From Burkholderiales bacterium 67-32 (GTDB lineage Bacteria; Pseudomonadota; Gammaproteobacteria; Burkholderiales; Burkholderiaceae_B), in contig MKUP01000027.1 of the NCBI GenBank assembly GCA_001898625.1, positions 180,188 through 244,187 on the forward strand: a DNA stretch of 64,000 nucleotides, written 5' to 3'. Of the stretch, positions 37,458 to 46,398 are shown piece after piece. Every line of letters starts with the position of its first letter. Position 1 is the first letter of the stretch. The notes below the pieces were generated by a model. The model had not been told where the DNA came from. It searched no databases and saw only the letters and a list, made by a program, of their open reading frames with translations. Position numbers and translations under genes: made by a program.

Positions 37458-38486
37458 ATGATCGAGAGAAGCTCTGGCAGGTGTTGTAAGGTGAAGTCGC
37501 CATCCACGCGGGCCGGGTGGGCCGTGGCCGGGATGGCCATGGTGTGCGCGGCCTGGGTGACGCCCTCCGCGGCGGTGGCCGACGAGTTTCCCAGCAAGCC
37601 GATCCGGCTGGTGATTCCGTATGCGACCGGTGGCGTATCCGATTCGATCGGACGGGTGCTGGCCAAATCCATGAGCGACGCGCTGGGGCAGTCGGTGGTC
37701 GCGGAAAACCGCGGCGGCGGGGGTGGCACGATAGGCGCCGCGGTGGTGGCGGCCGCGCCGCCCGACGGCTACACGATCCTGTTGACCAGTCCGCCCATGG
37801 TCGTGGTGGCGCCCGTGCTGCTCAAGAACCTTTCCTACCATGCGATCGACGATTTCACCGCGATCGGCACGCTGGTGACCACGCCCAACATCCTGGCGGT
37901 CAACAACGACCTGCCGGTGAAGTCCCTGGCCGACATGGCCAGCTATGCCAAGGGCGAAGGCCGGAACAAGCTGAGCTTCGCCTCGGCCGGGCCGGGCAGC
38001 ACCGGCCACCTGTCGGGACAGATCCTGCAGAACGCGATGAACATCACCATGACCCACGTGCCGTACAAGTCGTCGGGGCTGGCCTTTCCCGACGTGATCT
38101 CGGGACGGGTGTCGATGGTGTTCGATTCGCTGCCCTCCACCATAGGCTACGTGCGCGCGGGGCAAGTGCGTCCGCTGGTGGTGATGTCCAAGGAGCGCTC
38201 CTCGATATTGCCCGACGTGCCTACCGCCATCGAAGCGGGCTACCCCTCGGCCACGATGAATTTCTGGATGGGTATAGAAGGGCCGGCCCACATGCCGCCC
38301 GCCGTCGTGGAGAAGCTCAATGCGGCCATCCACAAGGCGGTGCAGTCGCCGGAGATGCGCAAGCAGCTCGCCACGCTGGGCGCGGAACCCTATCTGATCA
38401 GCTCCACGGAGTTTGCACAGTTGCGTCGCCAGGATGCCGCGACTTACCGTAAGCTCGTCAAGGACATGGGACTGGAGCGCGACTGA
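37458..38486 (+). CDS. Bug-family TTT solute-binding protein
   Basis: 342 aa with FPSKPIRLVIPYATGG, ENRGGGGG, PPDGYTILL and HVPYKSS. Its stop overlaps the coxL-like start (TGATG). Confidence 0.88.
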   Translation: MIERSSGRCCKVKSPSTRAGWAVAGMAMVCAAWVTPSAAVADEFPSKPIRLVIPYATGGVSDSIGRVLAKSMSDALGQSVVAENRGGGGGTIGAAVVAAAPPDGYTILLTSPPMVVVAPVLLKNLSYHAIDDFTAIGTLVTTPNILAVNNDLPVKSLADMASYAKGEGRNKLSFASAGPGSTGHLSGQILQNAMNITMTHVPYKSSGLAFPDVISGRVSMVFDSLPSTIGYVRAGQVRPLVVMSKERSSILPDVPTAIEAGYPSATMNFWMGIEGPAHMPPAVVEKLNAAIHKAVQSPEMRKQLATLGAEPYLISSTEFAQLRRQDAATYRKLVKDMGLERD

Positions 38487-40897
38487 TGACCGACAAGGAT
38501 ACGAGCGGCTCGTCCGCGGCGGCGGCAAAGGGGGTTGGGGCGCGCCTGCGCCGCCGGGAGGACTGGCGCCACCTGCGTGGGCGTGGGCAGTTCGTCGGCG
38601 ACATCCGCGTGCCGGGCATGTTGGAGGTCGCGTTCGTGCGCAGTGCCAGTGCCCACGGCATCGTGCGCGACATCGTCATTCCCGACGAGTACCGGGACCA
38701 GGTGTTCACCGCCCGGGACTTTCCCGGCGTCAAGCCCATCGTGGCGGTGCCCAAGATCGACGGCTTCAAGTATTCCGAGCATCCGGCGCTGGCCACCGAT
38801 CGCGTCCGCTTCGCCGGCGAGCCGGTGGCGATGGCGATCGCCCCCACGCGGGCGATGGCCGAGGACATCGCCGACTCGGTGTTCGTCGACATCGAGGAGT
38901 TGCCGGCCGTGGTCGACACCGTGGCGGCCACGCTGCCCGGCGCGCCCCTGATCCGCGAGGAGTGGGGCGACAACGTGTACGTCGCGCGCGACGCCGAGTT
39001 CGGCGACCTGGCGGCCGCGCGGCGCGAGGCCGCGGTGGTGATCGAGCGCGAATACCGGATGAACCGCCAGTCCGCCGTGCCGCTGGAAGGACGCGCGATC
39101 CTGGCGGTGTGGGACGACCGGCTGGACGAGTTGTGCGTCTACACGGGCAGCCAGTCGCCGCACCAGACGCGGGTCGGCATGGCGCAGGTGCTGGGTATCG
39201 AGGAGCGGCGGCTGCGGCTGATCTCGCCCGACATGGGCGGCGGCTTCGGTGCCAAGCGCGTCCTGTATCCGGAAGAGCTGATGGTGGCGGCGCTGGCGCT
39301 CAAGCTGAAGCGGCCGGTCCGCTGGCTGGACGACAAGCGGGAGCACTTGCTGAGCGCCATCCATTGCCGCGAGCATCATCACAAGGTGAAGGCCTACGCC
39401 GACGCACGCGGCCGCATCCTGGGCCTGGACGTGGAGGTCTACGTGGACGCCGGAGCTTATTCGCACTGGCCCAACAGCCCCTTCATGGAGACGGGCATGG
39501 TCGCCAAGAACATTCCCGGCCCCTATGACGTGCCCAGCTATCGCTGCCGCAGCTACACCGTGGCCACCAACAAGTCGCCCATAGGCGCGTATCGCGGCGT
39601 GGCGCGCCCGGCGGCCTGTTTCACCATCGAGCGCACCATCGACGAGATCGCCCACGCCGTGGGCCGCGAGCCCTGGGAGGTGCGTGTGGAGAACATGGTG
39701 CCCGAGCACGCCATGCCGTACCGGTCCATCACCAACCTGATCTTCGACACCGGCAACTACGGTGAGTCGGTGCGGCGCGCCGCCGGGTTGATCGAACTGG
39801 CCGGGGTGCGGGCGCGCCAGAAGCAGGGCGAGGCCGACGGCCGGTTGATCGGCGTGGGCTTTGCGGCGTTCACCGAGCAGACCGCGCACGGCTGCGGCGA
39901 ATGGGTCTCGCGCGGTACGCCGGTGATCCCGGGCTACGAATCGGCCACGGCGCGGATGATGCCCGACGGATCGCTGATGCTGATGGTGGGCATCGTGTCG
40001 CACGGGCAGGGCCTGGAGACGGCCTTGTCGCAGATCGCCCACCAGGAACTGAGCATAGACCCGGCCCATGTGTCGGTCCGGCATGGCGACACGCAGGTCT
40101 CGCCGTTCGGCATGGGGACCTTCGCTTCGCGTAGCATGGTCATGTCTGGGGGCGCGGTGGCCCGGGCGTGCCGGCTGCTGCGCGCGAAGATGGCGGCCAT
40201 CGCCGCGTACGCCCTGAAGTGCGAAGCCGAGGCGCTGCGCTTCGAGGACGAACGCGTGCACGGGCCCGAAGGGTCGATGGGCTTCGACGAGATCGGCCGC
40301 ATCGCGCACCTGCGGCAGGAGGCGCTGCCGCCGGGCATGGAGCCCCTGCTCGACGTGACGACGACCTACGAGCCGCAGGTGGATACCGGCGTGTTCACCT
40401 ACGCGACGCATGCGGCGGTGGTGGCCGTGGACCCGGACACCGGCAAGGTCGACCTGCTCGACTACGCCTGCGTCGAGGACTGCGGCACCGTGGTCAATCC
40501 CATGATCGTCGATGGCCAGATCATCGGCGGCATCGTGCAGGGCATAGGCACGGCGCTGTACGAAGAGATCCCCTATGACGAGAACGGGCAGCCGCTGGCC
40601 ACGACGCTGGGCGATTACCTGATGCCGGGTGCGCCGGAGGCGCCGCCCATCAAGATCGGCCACATGGTGACGCCTACGCCGCATACCGAGTACGGCATGA
40701 AAGGCATGGGCGAGGGCGGCGCGATCCCGCCGCCGGCCGCGATCGCCAACGCGGTGCGCGATGCGCTGCGCGGCCTGGGCGCCGAGTTGAACGAAACGCC
40801 CATGACGCCGCAGCGCGTGCGGGCCGCCATCGTCGCGGCCGCCGAAGGCGTGTCGCGCACAACCCGTGTGCATCGCGAAGGCGAGGTGTTGCAATGA
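38486..40897 (+). CDS. Molybdopterin-binding large subunit of a xanthine-dehydrogenase/CoxL-family hydroxylase (not a form I CO dehydrogenase)
   Basis: 803 aa. DMGGGFGAK, and an active-site loop AYRGVAR (39587-39607) rather than the Cu-ligand loop AYxCSFR. Confidence 0.9.
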   Translation: MTDKDTSGSSAAAAKGVGARLRRREDWRHLRGRGQFVGDIRVPGMLEVAFVRSASAHGIVRDIVIPDEYRDQVFTARDFPGVKPIVAVPKIDGFKYSEHPALATDRVRFAGEPVAMAIAPTRAMAEDIADSVFVDIEELPAVVDTVAATLPGAPLIREEWGDNVYVARDAEFGDLAAARREAAVVIEREYRMNRQSAVPLEGRAILAVWDDRLDELCVYTGSQSPHQTRVGMAQVLGIEERRLRLISPDMGGGFGAKRVLYPEELMVAALALKLKRPVRWLDDKREHLLSAIHCREHHHKVKAYADARGRILGLDVEVYVDAGAYSHWPNSPFMETGMVAKNIPGPYDVPSYRCRSYTVATNKSPIGAYRGVARPAACFTIERTIDEIAHAVGREPWEVRVENMVPEHAMPYRSITNLIFDTGNYGESVRRAAGLIELAGVRARQKQGEADGRLIGVGFAAFTEQTAHGCGEWVSRGTPVIPGYESATARMMPDGSLMLMVGIVSHGQGLETALSQIAHQELSIDPAHVSVRHGDTQVSPFGMGTFASRSMVMSGGAVARACRLLRAKMAAIAAYALKCEAEALRFEDERVHGPEGSMGFDEIGRIAHLRQEALPPGMEPLLDVTTTYEPQVDTGVFTYATHAAVVAVDPDTGKVDLLDYACVEDCGTVVNPMIVDGQIIGGIVQGIGTALYEEIPYDENGQPLATTLGDYLMPGAPEAPPIKIGHMVTPTPHTEYGMKGMGEGGAIPPPAAIANAVRDALRGLGAELNETPMTPQRVRAAIVAAAEGVSRTTRVHREGEVLQ

Positions 40898-41727
40898 AGG
40901 CCGCGCCGTTTTCCTATCGCCGCGCCGCGACCCTGGACGAGGCGCTGGCGGCCGGCGGCGAGAGCTCCCGCTTCCTGGCCGGCGGCCAGTCGCTGGTGCC
41001 CATGATGAACCTGCGCCTGACGCTGGCCGACACGATGATCGACATCTCCGGGCTGGCCGAGCTGCGGCGCAGCGCGGGCGAGGGCGATCGCGTGTTCATC
41101 GGCGCGGGCGTCACGCACGCCATGATCGAGGACGGCAGGATCGAGGATCCGTCGCGCGGCTACCTGCGGCACGTGGCCGGCGGCATTGCCTTTCGTTCGG
41201 TGCGCAACCGCGGCACGCTGGGTGGCAGCCTGGCCCACGCCGATCCCGCGGCGGACTGGCCCACGGCACTGCTGGCGCTGGGGGCCGAGGCCGTCATCCG
41301 CAGCGCCGGCGGCGAGCGCCGGCTGCCGCTGGCGCGATTCCAGCTCGGATTGATGGAGACCGCGCTGCGGCCGGACGAGATCCTCGTCGGCGTGACCGTG
41401 CCCGCGCTGTCCGATCTGGCCCGGTGGAGCTATCAGAAGTTCTGCCGGAAGTCGGGCGAGTTCGCCCATTCCATCGCGGCCGTCGTACGCGATCCGGTGC
41501 GGGAACTGGCCGAGGTGGTGCTGGGTGCGGCGGGAGACAAGCCGTGCCGGCTGGGGCGCGTGTCGGCGCTGCTGGCCGAAGGGGGGCGGGTGGATCCGCA
41601 ACAGCTCGGGCAGGTGGTGGACGAGGACGTACGGGACACCACGGGGCTGGCCGCGTCGTCCTACGAATTCCATCTGCATCGGACCATGGTCGTGCGCGCC
41701 TGCGCGCGCTTGCAGGAGCAGACATGA
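40894..41727 (+). CDS. FAD-binding medium subunit (CoxM-like) of the molybdenum hydroxylase
   Basis: 277 aa with FLAGGQSLVPMMN. ATGA overlap with the large subunit. Confidence 0.9.
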   Translation: MKAAPFSYRRAATLDEALAAGGESSRFLAGGQSLVPMMNLRLTLADTMIDISGLAELRRSAGEGDRVFIGAGVTHAMIEDGRIEDPSRGYLRHVAGGIAFRSVRNRGTLGGSLAHADPAADWPTALLALGAEAVIRSAGGERRLPLARFQLGLMETALRPDEILVGVTVPALSDLARWSYQKFCRKSGEFAHSIAAVVRDPVRELAEVVLGAAGDKPCRLGRVSALLAEGGRVDPQQLGQVVDEDVRDTTGLAASSYEFHLHRTMVVRACARLQEQT

Positions 41728-42194
41728 AGCTTGCATTGACAGTGAACGGCGCGCCGGTGGCGGGCGAGATCGAGGACCGCATGACGCTGGCCGACTTCGT
41801 CCGCGACCACTGCGGGCTGACCGGCACCCATCTCGGCTGCGAACACGGCGTGTGCGGCGCCTGTTCGGTGCTGGTGGACGGCGAACCCGTGCGGGCATGC
41901 ATCACGCTGGCGGCCGCGGTCGACGGCCGGGCGGTGACGACCATCGAAGGCTTCGAGGACGATGCCGCGATGGCGGTCATCCGCGAATGCTTTTCCGAGG
42001 CGCATGGGCTGCAATGCGGCTTTTGCACGCCCGGCATGGTCATCATGGTGCGCGATGCGCTGGCGCGCGGCTGCTGCGGATCGGAACACCAGATCCGCGA
42101 CCAGTTGGCCGGGAACCTGTGCCGTTGCACCGGCTATGCCGGCATCGTCAAGGCCACCGAAATGGCGCGCGACCGGCTGGCCAAGGCCGGTTGA
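41724..42194 (+). CDS. [2Fe-2S] small subunit (CoxS-like) of the molybdenum hydroxylase
   Basis: 156 aa. CEHGVCGACSV and CGFCTPG...CRCTGY cluster motifs. ATGA overlap with the medium subunit. Confidence 0.92.
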   Translation: MKLALTVNGAPVAGEIEDRMTLADFVRDHCGLTGTHLGCEHGVCGACSVLVDGEPVRACITLAAAVDGRAVTTIEGFEDDAAMAVIRECFSEAHGLQCGFCTPGMVIMVRDALARGCCGSEHQIRDQLAGNLCRCTGYAGIVKATEMARDRLAKAG

Positions 42195-42224
42195 ACCCGA
42201 AACTCCTTCAAGGACATTCCATTC

Positions 42225-42674
42225 ATGAACATCACCGGAGAACGGCAACTGGCCGTCGATCGGCAAACCGCCTGGGAAAGCCTGTTCGATCCGGCCATCC
42301 TGCAGCAGTGCATACCCGGCTGCGTATCGGTCGAACGCGAGGACGAGACCCGCTACCGGGCCGTGGTCGTGATGGCCATCGGCCCCGTCAAGGCGCGGTT
42401 CTCAGGGACCTTCACCATCGCCGACGCGCAGGCGCCGGCGCGCTGCCGGCTGGTGTTCGAGGGCAGCGGCGGGGCGGCGGGCCTGGCAAAAGGCGGCGCC
42501 GATGTGGTGCTGGACCCCGCTGACGGCGGTACGCGCCTGGCCTATGATGCCCAGGCTCAGGTCGCAGGCAAGTTGGCCCAGGTGGGGGCAAGATTGATCG
42601 AAGGCGTCGCCAGGAAGCTCGCGGGAGAATTCTTCGATCGCTTCGAGACGGCGGTCACGGCGGGCCAGACCTGA
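42225..42674 (+). CDS. SRPBCC-fold CoxG family protein
   Basis: 149 aa. CoxG-typical N-terminus (MNITGERQLAVDRQTAWESLFDPAILQQCIPGC) and position after coxS. Confidence 0.82.
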   Translation: MNITGERQLAVDRQTAWESLFDPAILQQCIPGCVSVEREDETRYRAVVVMAIGPVKARFSGTFTIADAQAPARCRLVFEGSGGAAGLAKGGADVVLDPADGGTRLAYDAQAQVAGKLAQVGARLIEGVARKLAGEFFDRFETAVTAGQT

Positions 42675-42767
42675 TCCGCCCACGCCGCACGGCGGGAGCC
42701 CGGCGCGCATACCGCGCTGCAACACGTCCAGGGTTGTTCGAGCGGTGTCTTTCGAAGGCTCGCAATC

Positions 42768-43781
42768 ATGAGAAAGATTTCCCTGCGTCACCTGCGGTGT
42801 TTCGTCGCCATTGCCGAAACCGGTTCGTTCACGCTGGCAGCCGCGCGGCTGTTTCATACGCAATCGTCCCTGACCGCCACCATCCAGCAGTTCGAGGAAG
42901 CGGTCGGGTTGAAACTGTTCGACCGCACGACGCGGCGCGTGGTCCTGACCGACGATGCCGTCCGCTTCAAGGCCGTGGCCGAGCGCATCCTGCGGGACTT
43001 CGACAGCGCCATCGGGGATCTCCAGGCCATCGCCAAGAGCCAGCGGGGGCATGTGCGCATCGCCGCCGCGCCGTCGATGATCATGCACATCCTGACCCCC
43101 GCCCTGGCCGCGTTTCGGCGGGCCTATCCCGCCATCACCGTGTCGGTGCGCGACGGCGGATCGGACAAGATCGAGCGGGCCGTGCTCGACGGCGACGTCG
43201 ATTTCGGCCTGTGCAGCCGCCTCAACAACTATCCCGAACTCAATTACGTGCCCATGCTGGCCGACCCGTTCGGTGTGATCTTTCCCAACGACCATCCCTT
43301 GGCCTGTACCAATGGGCCGATCAAGTGGTCGGACCTGGCGCAGTACGACTACATCGGGCTGACGGGGGACACGGGCATCGGCGCCTTCCTGGAGAACTAC
43401 CCGGAACTGGGCCTGCACGGACGCGCCCAACTGCACGACAACGTGTCCAGCACCCATTCCCTTTACGCCATGCTGGGCCTGGGAGGGAAAATCTCGGTGG
43501 TGCCCGCGCTGGCCGCCCAGGCGGGACCGCTCAACGAACTCAAGTTCCGGGAGTTGTGCGAACCCCGCATTTCGCGGGAAATATGCCTGGCGACCCGCCA
43601 TCTGCGCTCTTTTTCGGTCAACACCCGCCGTATTCTCGAGGTGTTGATGACTACCATCCAGGATGCGGGCAACCTGAGCGGTGTCGAGGTGATCCTAGAC
43701 CAGCGGTGGTCCGCGCCCGAGACCTGGGAGGGCCAGCCCGCGCGCGGGCAGCCCGACGCGCGGCAGCTGATGGAGCTTTAG
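42768..43781 (+). CDS. LysR family transcriptional regulator
   Basis: 337 aa. HTH LRCFVAIAETGSFTLAAARLFHTQSSLTATIQQFE. The C-terminus is about 35 aa longer than is typical. Confidence 0.88.
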   Translation: MRKISLRHLRCFVAIAETGSFTLAAARLFHTQSSLTATIQQFEEAVGLKLFDRTTRRVVLTDDAVRFKAVAERILRDFDSAIGDLQAIAKSQRGHVRIAAAPSMIMHILTPALAAFRRAYPAITVSVRDGGSDKIERAVLDGDVDFGLCSRLNNYPELNYVPMLADPFGVIFPNDHPLACTNGPIKWSDLAQYDYIGLTGDTGIGAFLENYPELGLHGRAQLHDNVSSTHSLYAMLGLGGKISVVPALAAQAGPLNELKFRELCEPRISREICLATRHLRSFSVNTRRILEVLMTTIQDAGNLSGVEVILDQRWSAPETWEGQPARGQPDARQLMEL

Positions 43782-44716
43782 GGAACCGGGTTCAGCACCT
43801 GCCCGGTGCGGAAATACGCATCCAGGTTGTCGCACACGCGGGCTTCCATGTCCGCCCGCGATTCGCGGGTGAAGCCGGCGATGTGCGAGACGGCGACCAC
43901 GTTGTCCATCTCCAGCAGGGCCTGGGGCACGTCGGGCTCGTTCTCGAACACGTCCAGGCCCGCGCCGCCCAGGCGGCCGGCCTGTAGCGCCTGGACCAGC
44001 GCGGCCTCGTCGACCACGCTGCCGCGCGCGATGTTGACCAGGATGCCGGACGGGCCCAGCGCCTCCATGACTTCGGCGTTGACCAGGTGGCGGGTGGCCG
44101 CGCCGCCGGGGCAGGCCACCACCAGGAAATCGGCCCATCGGGCCAGTTCGACCAGCGAGGGTTCGTGCCGGTGGGGGGAACCCGCGACCGGCCGGCGCGT
44201 GTGGTAGCGCACGTCCATGTCGAAGCCGGCGGCGCGCCGGCCGATGGCCTGGCCGATGCCGCCGAAGCCCAGCAGGCCCATGTTCTTGCCGTGGACGCGC
44301 GTCATCAGCGGGCGCTGGCCCGTTTTCCAGCCGCCCGCCCGCACGAAGCGGGTGGCGACGGAAATGCCGCGTGCCGCGTCGATGGCCAGCCCCATGGCCA
44401 GGTCGGCGACGCAGCCGTCCAGCACTTCCGGGGTGTTGCTGATCTGCATGCCCTGGCGCTTGGCGGTGTCGATGTCGATCCGGTCGTAGCCCACGCCGAA
44501 ATTGGCGATGACGCGGGCCTTGGGCAGGGCCGCCAGGATATCGGCGCCGCAGGCATCCCGCACGTGGATCGCGATGCCCTCGAACCCGGCGCCGTGCTCG
44601 GCCAGGAAGGCGGCGGCGTCCGGCTGCTTCCACAGGGGCGCCACGTCGTAGTCGCGCGCCAGGCGGGCGTCGACGGCGGGCGTGATGGAGGCAATCTGCA
44701 GAATGCGGTGCTTCAT
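43778..44716 (-). CDS. D-isomer-specific 2-hydroxyacid dehydrogenase, paralog 2
   Basis: 312 aa from MKHRIL. Collinear with the 23400..24335 product, differing at about 40 of about 311 positions by my hand count. Confidence 0.9.
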   Translation of the reverse strand: MKHRILQIASITPAVDARLARDYDVAPLWKQPDAAAFLAEHGAGFEGIAIHVRDACGADILAALPKARVIANFGVGYDRIDIDTAKRQGMQISNTPEVLDGCVADLAMGLAIDAARGISVATRFVRAGGWKTGQRPLMTRVHGKNMGLLGFGGIGQAIGRRAAGFDMDVRYHTRRPVAGSPHRHEPSLVELARWADFLVVACPGGAATRHLVNAEVMEALGPSGILVNIARGSVVDEAALVQALQAGRLGGAGLDVFENEPDVPQALLEMDNVVAVSHIAGFTRESRADMEARVCDNLDAYFRTGQVLNPVP

Positions 44717-44838
44717 CGGGATGAGTCCTGGAAGTCGGTTTTCGGTCGCGCTCAGGCTGCCACGATAGCCCATGTTGCGCCGCCGCGCAGACCGGTGCCG
44801 GGGCATGCCAGTCTGGGGTAAACTAGTTCTTGCCTTCA

Positions 44839-44963
44839 CCCTGCGTGACTGGCGACTCTAGGCCTGGGGCCTAGGTGGGTTTACCACAAGGAAGCGCAGG
44901 GTTCCGGCGGTTCGGTTCGTCCCATCCGGGGCGCGGCCGCGCCGCCCGCCGTTCGCCTGGGCA
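44839..44963 (+). promoter_or_regulatory. ZTP (pfl-motif) riboswitch aptamer in the glyA leader
   Basis: P1 ccctgcg (44839-45) pairs with cgcaggg (44895-901). Conserved TGACTGGCG (44846-54). P2 gtgg/ccac (44875-78 / 44884-87) followed by aaggaag. P3 cggcgg (44905-10) pairs with ccgccg (44946-51). 3' consensus GCCGttCGCCTGGGCA (44948-63). Confidence 0.8.
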
Positions 44964-45124
44964 GCCGTTAGGCAGATTCGTAGATCGCGTCACGCCGTCT
45001 TTCGTATCGGCTGCCCTGCCGCGCAGGTGCAGCAGGGCGATGTGGCGCGGTTTCCGTCATATCGGCTGGCCGTCGCATTGAACCCGTCGGTTGGCCCCCC
45101 GTTCTGCACAGGAAGGAAACCGTC

Positions 45125-46372
45125 ATGTTCGACCGCAACCGCACCATCGCCCAGGCCGATCCCGAACTCTGGTCCGCCATCGAGCTGGAAAACCAGCGGC
45201 AGGAACAGCACATCGAGCTGATCGCCTCGGAAAACTACGCCAGCCCCGCCGTCATGCAGGCCCAGGGCACGCAGCTCACCAACAAGTACGCCGAAGGCTA
45301 TCCCGGCAAGCGCTATTACGGCGGCTGCGAATTCGTCGACATCGTCGAGCAGCTGGCCATCGACCGCGCCAAGCAGATCTTCGGTGCCGACGCCGTGAAC
45401 GTGCAGCCCAATTCGGGTTCGCAGGCCAACCAGGGCGTGTACATGGCCGTGCTCAAGCCCGGCGACACCGTGCTGGGCATGAGCCTGGCCGAGGGTGGCC
45501 ACCTGACGCACGGTTCGCCGGTCAACGCCTCGGGCAAGCTGTATAACTTCCTGTCCTATGGCCTGAACGCCCAGGAAGAAATCGATTACGACCAGGTCGC
45601 GCGCCTGGCCGCCGAGCACAAGCCCAAGCTGATCGTGGCCGGCGCCTCGGCCTATGCGCTGCGCATCGACTTCGCCCGTTTCGCCGAGATCGCCAAGGCC
45701 AACGGCGCGCTGTTCATGGTGGACATCGCCCACTACGCCGGCCTGGTCGCCGGCGGCGCCTATCCCAACCCGGTTCCGCACGCCGATTTCGTCACCTCGA
45801 CCACGCACAAGTCGCTGCGCGGCCCGCGCGGCGGCCTGATCATGTGCAAGGCCGAGTTCGAGAAGGCCGTCAATTCCGCCATCTTCCCGGGCATCCAGGG
45901 TGGTCCGCTCGAGCACGTCATCGCCGCCAAGGCCGTGGCCTTCAAGGAAGCGCTGGATCCCTCGTTCAAGCAGTACGCCGCCCAGGTCGTGGCCAACGCC
46001 AAGGTGATGGCCGAGACGCTGGTCGAGCGCGGCCTGCGCATCGTGTCGGGACGCACCGAAAGCCACGTCATGCTGGTGGACCTGCGCGCCAAGGGCATCA
46101 CGGGCAAGGACGCCGAGCTGGCGCTGGGCCAGGCCCACATCACGGTCAATAAGAACGCCATCCCGAACGATCCGGAGAAGCCCTTCGTGACCAGCGGCGT
46201 GCGTGTCGGCTCGCCGGCCATGACCACGCGCGGCTTCAAGGAAGACGAGACCCGCCTGACCGCCAACCTCATCGCCGACGTGCTGGACAACCCGCGCGAC
46301 GAGGCCAACATCGCGGCCGTGCGTGAGCGCGTCAACGCCCTGACCGCGAAGTTCCCGGTCTACGGTGGATAG
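45125..46372 (+). CDS. glyA: Serine hydroxymethyltransferase
   Basis: 415 aa with the PLP-lysine block [12 protein letters not shown] and strong overall SHMT similarity. Confidence 0.97.
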   Translation: MFDRNRTIAQADPELWSAIELENQRQEQHIELIASENYASPAVMQAQGTQLTNKYAEGYPGKRYYGGCEFVDIVEQLAIDRAKQIFGADAVNVQPNSGSQANQGVYMAVLKPGDTVLGMSLAEGGHLTHGSPVNASGKLYNFLSYGLNAQEEIDYDQVARLAAEHKPKLIVAGASAYALRIDFARFAEIAKANGALFMVDIAHYAGLVAGGAYPNPVPHADFVTSTTHKSLRGPRGGLIMCKAEFEKAVNSAIFPGIQGGPLEHVIAAKAVAFKEALDPSFKQYAAQVVANAKVMAETLVERGLRIVSGRTESHVMLVDLRAKGITGKDAELALGQAHITVNKNAIPNDPEKPFVTSGVRVGSPAMTTRGFKEDETRLTANLIADVLDNPRDEANIAAVRERVNALTAKFPVYGG

Positions 46373-46398
46373 AAAACCCACCTGACGGAGCTCGGCGC

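Noticed and set aside
38444-40894. 816-aa ORF on the minus strand, antisense to the whole CoxL-like gene
   Set aside because: Its composition is dominated by R/A/G/H/D/P runs with no recognisable motif. The plus-strand frame carries clear Mo-hydroxylase blocks and translational coupling to its neighbours. This is the typical stop-codon-poor antisense frame of high-GC DNA.
38486-42674. Carbon monoxide dehydrogenase (coxLMS+G) as a CO-oxidation system
   Set aside because: The large-subunit active-site loop is AYRGVAR, not the cysteine-containing AYxCSFR. There are no coxD/E/F maturation genes. The genes are embedded in an organic-substrate catabolic operon. I call it a generic Mo hydroxylase.
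44964-45124. A clean intrinsic terminator as the ZTP riboswitch expression platform
   Set aside because: The 9-bp pairing 44959-67/45008-16 is not followed by a U-tract. The next hairpin (45019-45050) has only TTT. I could not define the platform confidently by eye, so I report only the aptamer as a feature.
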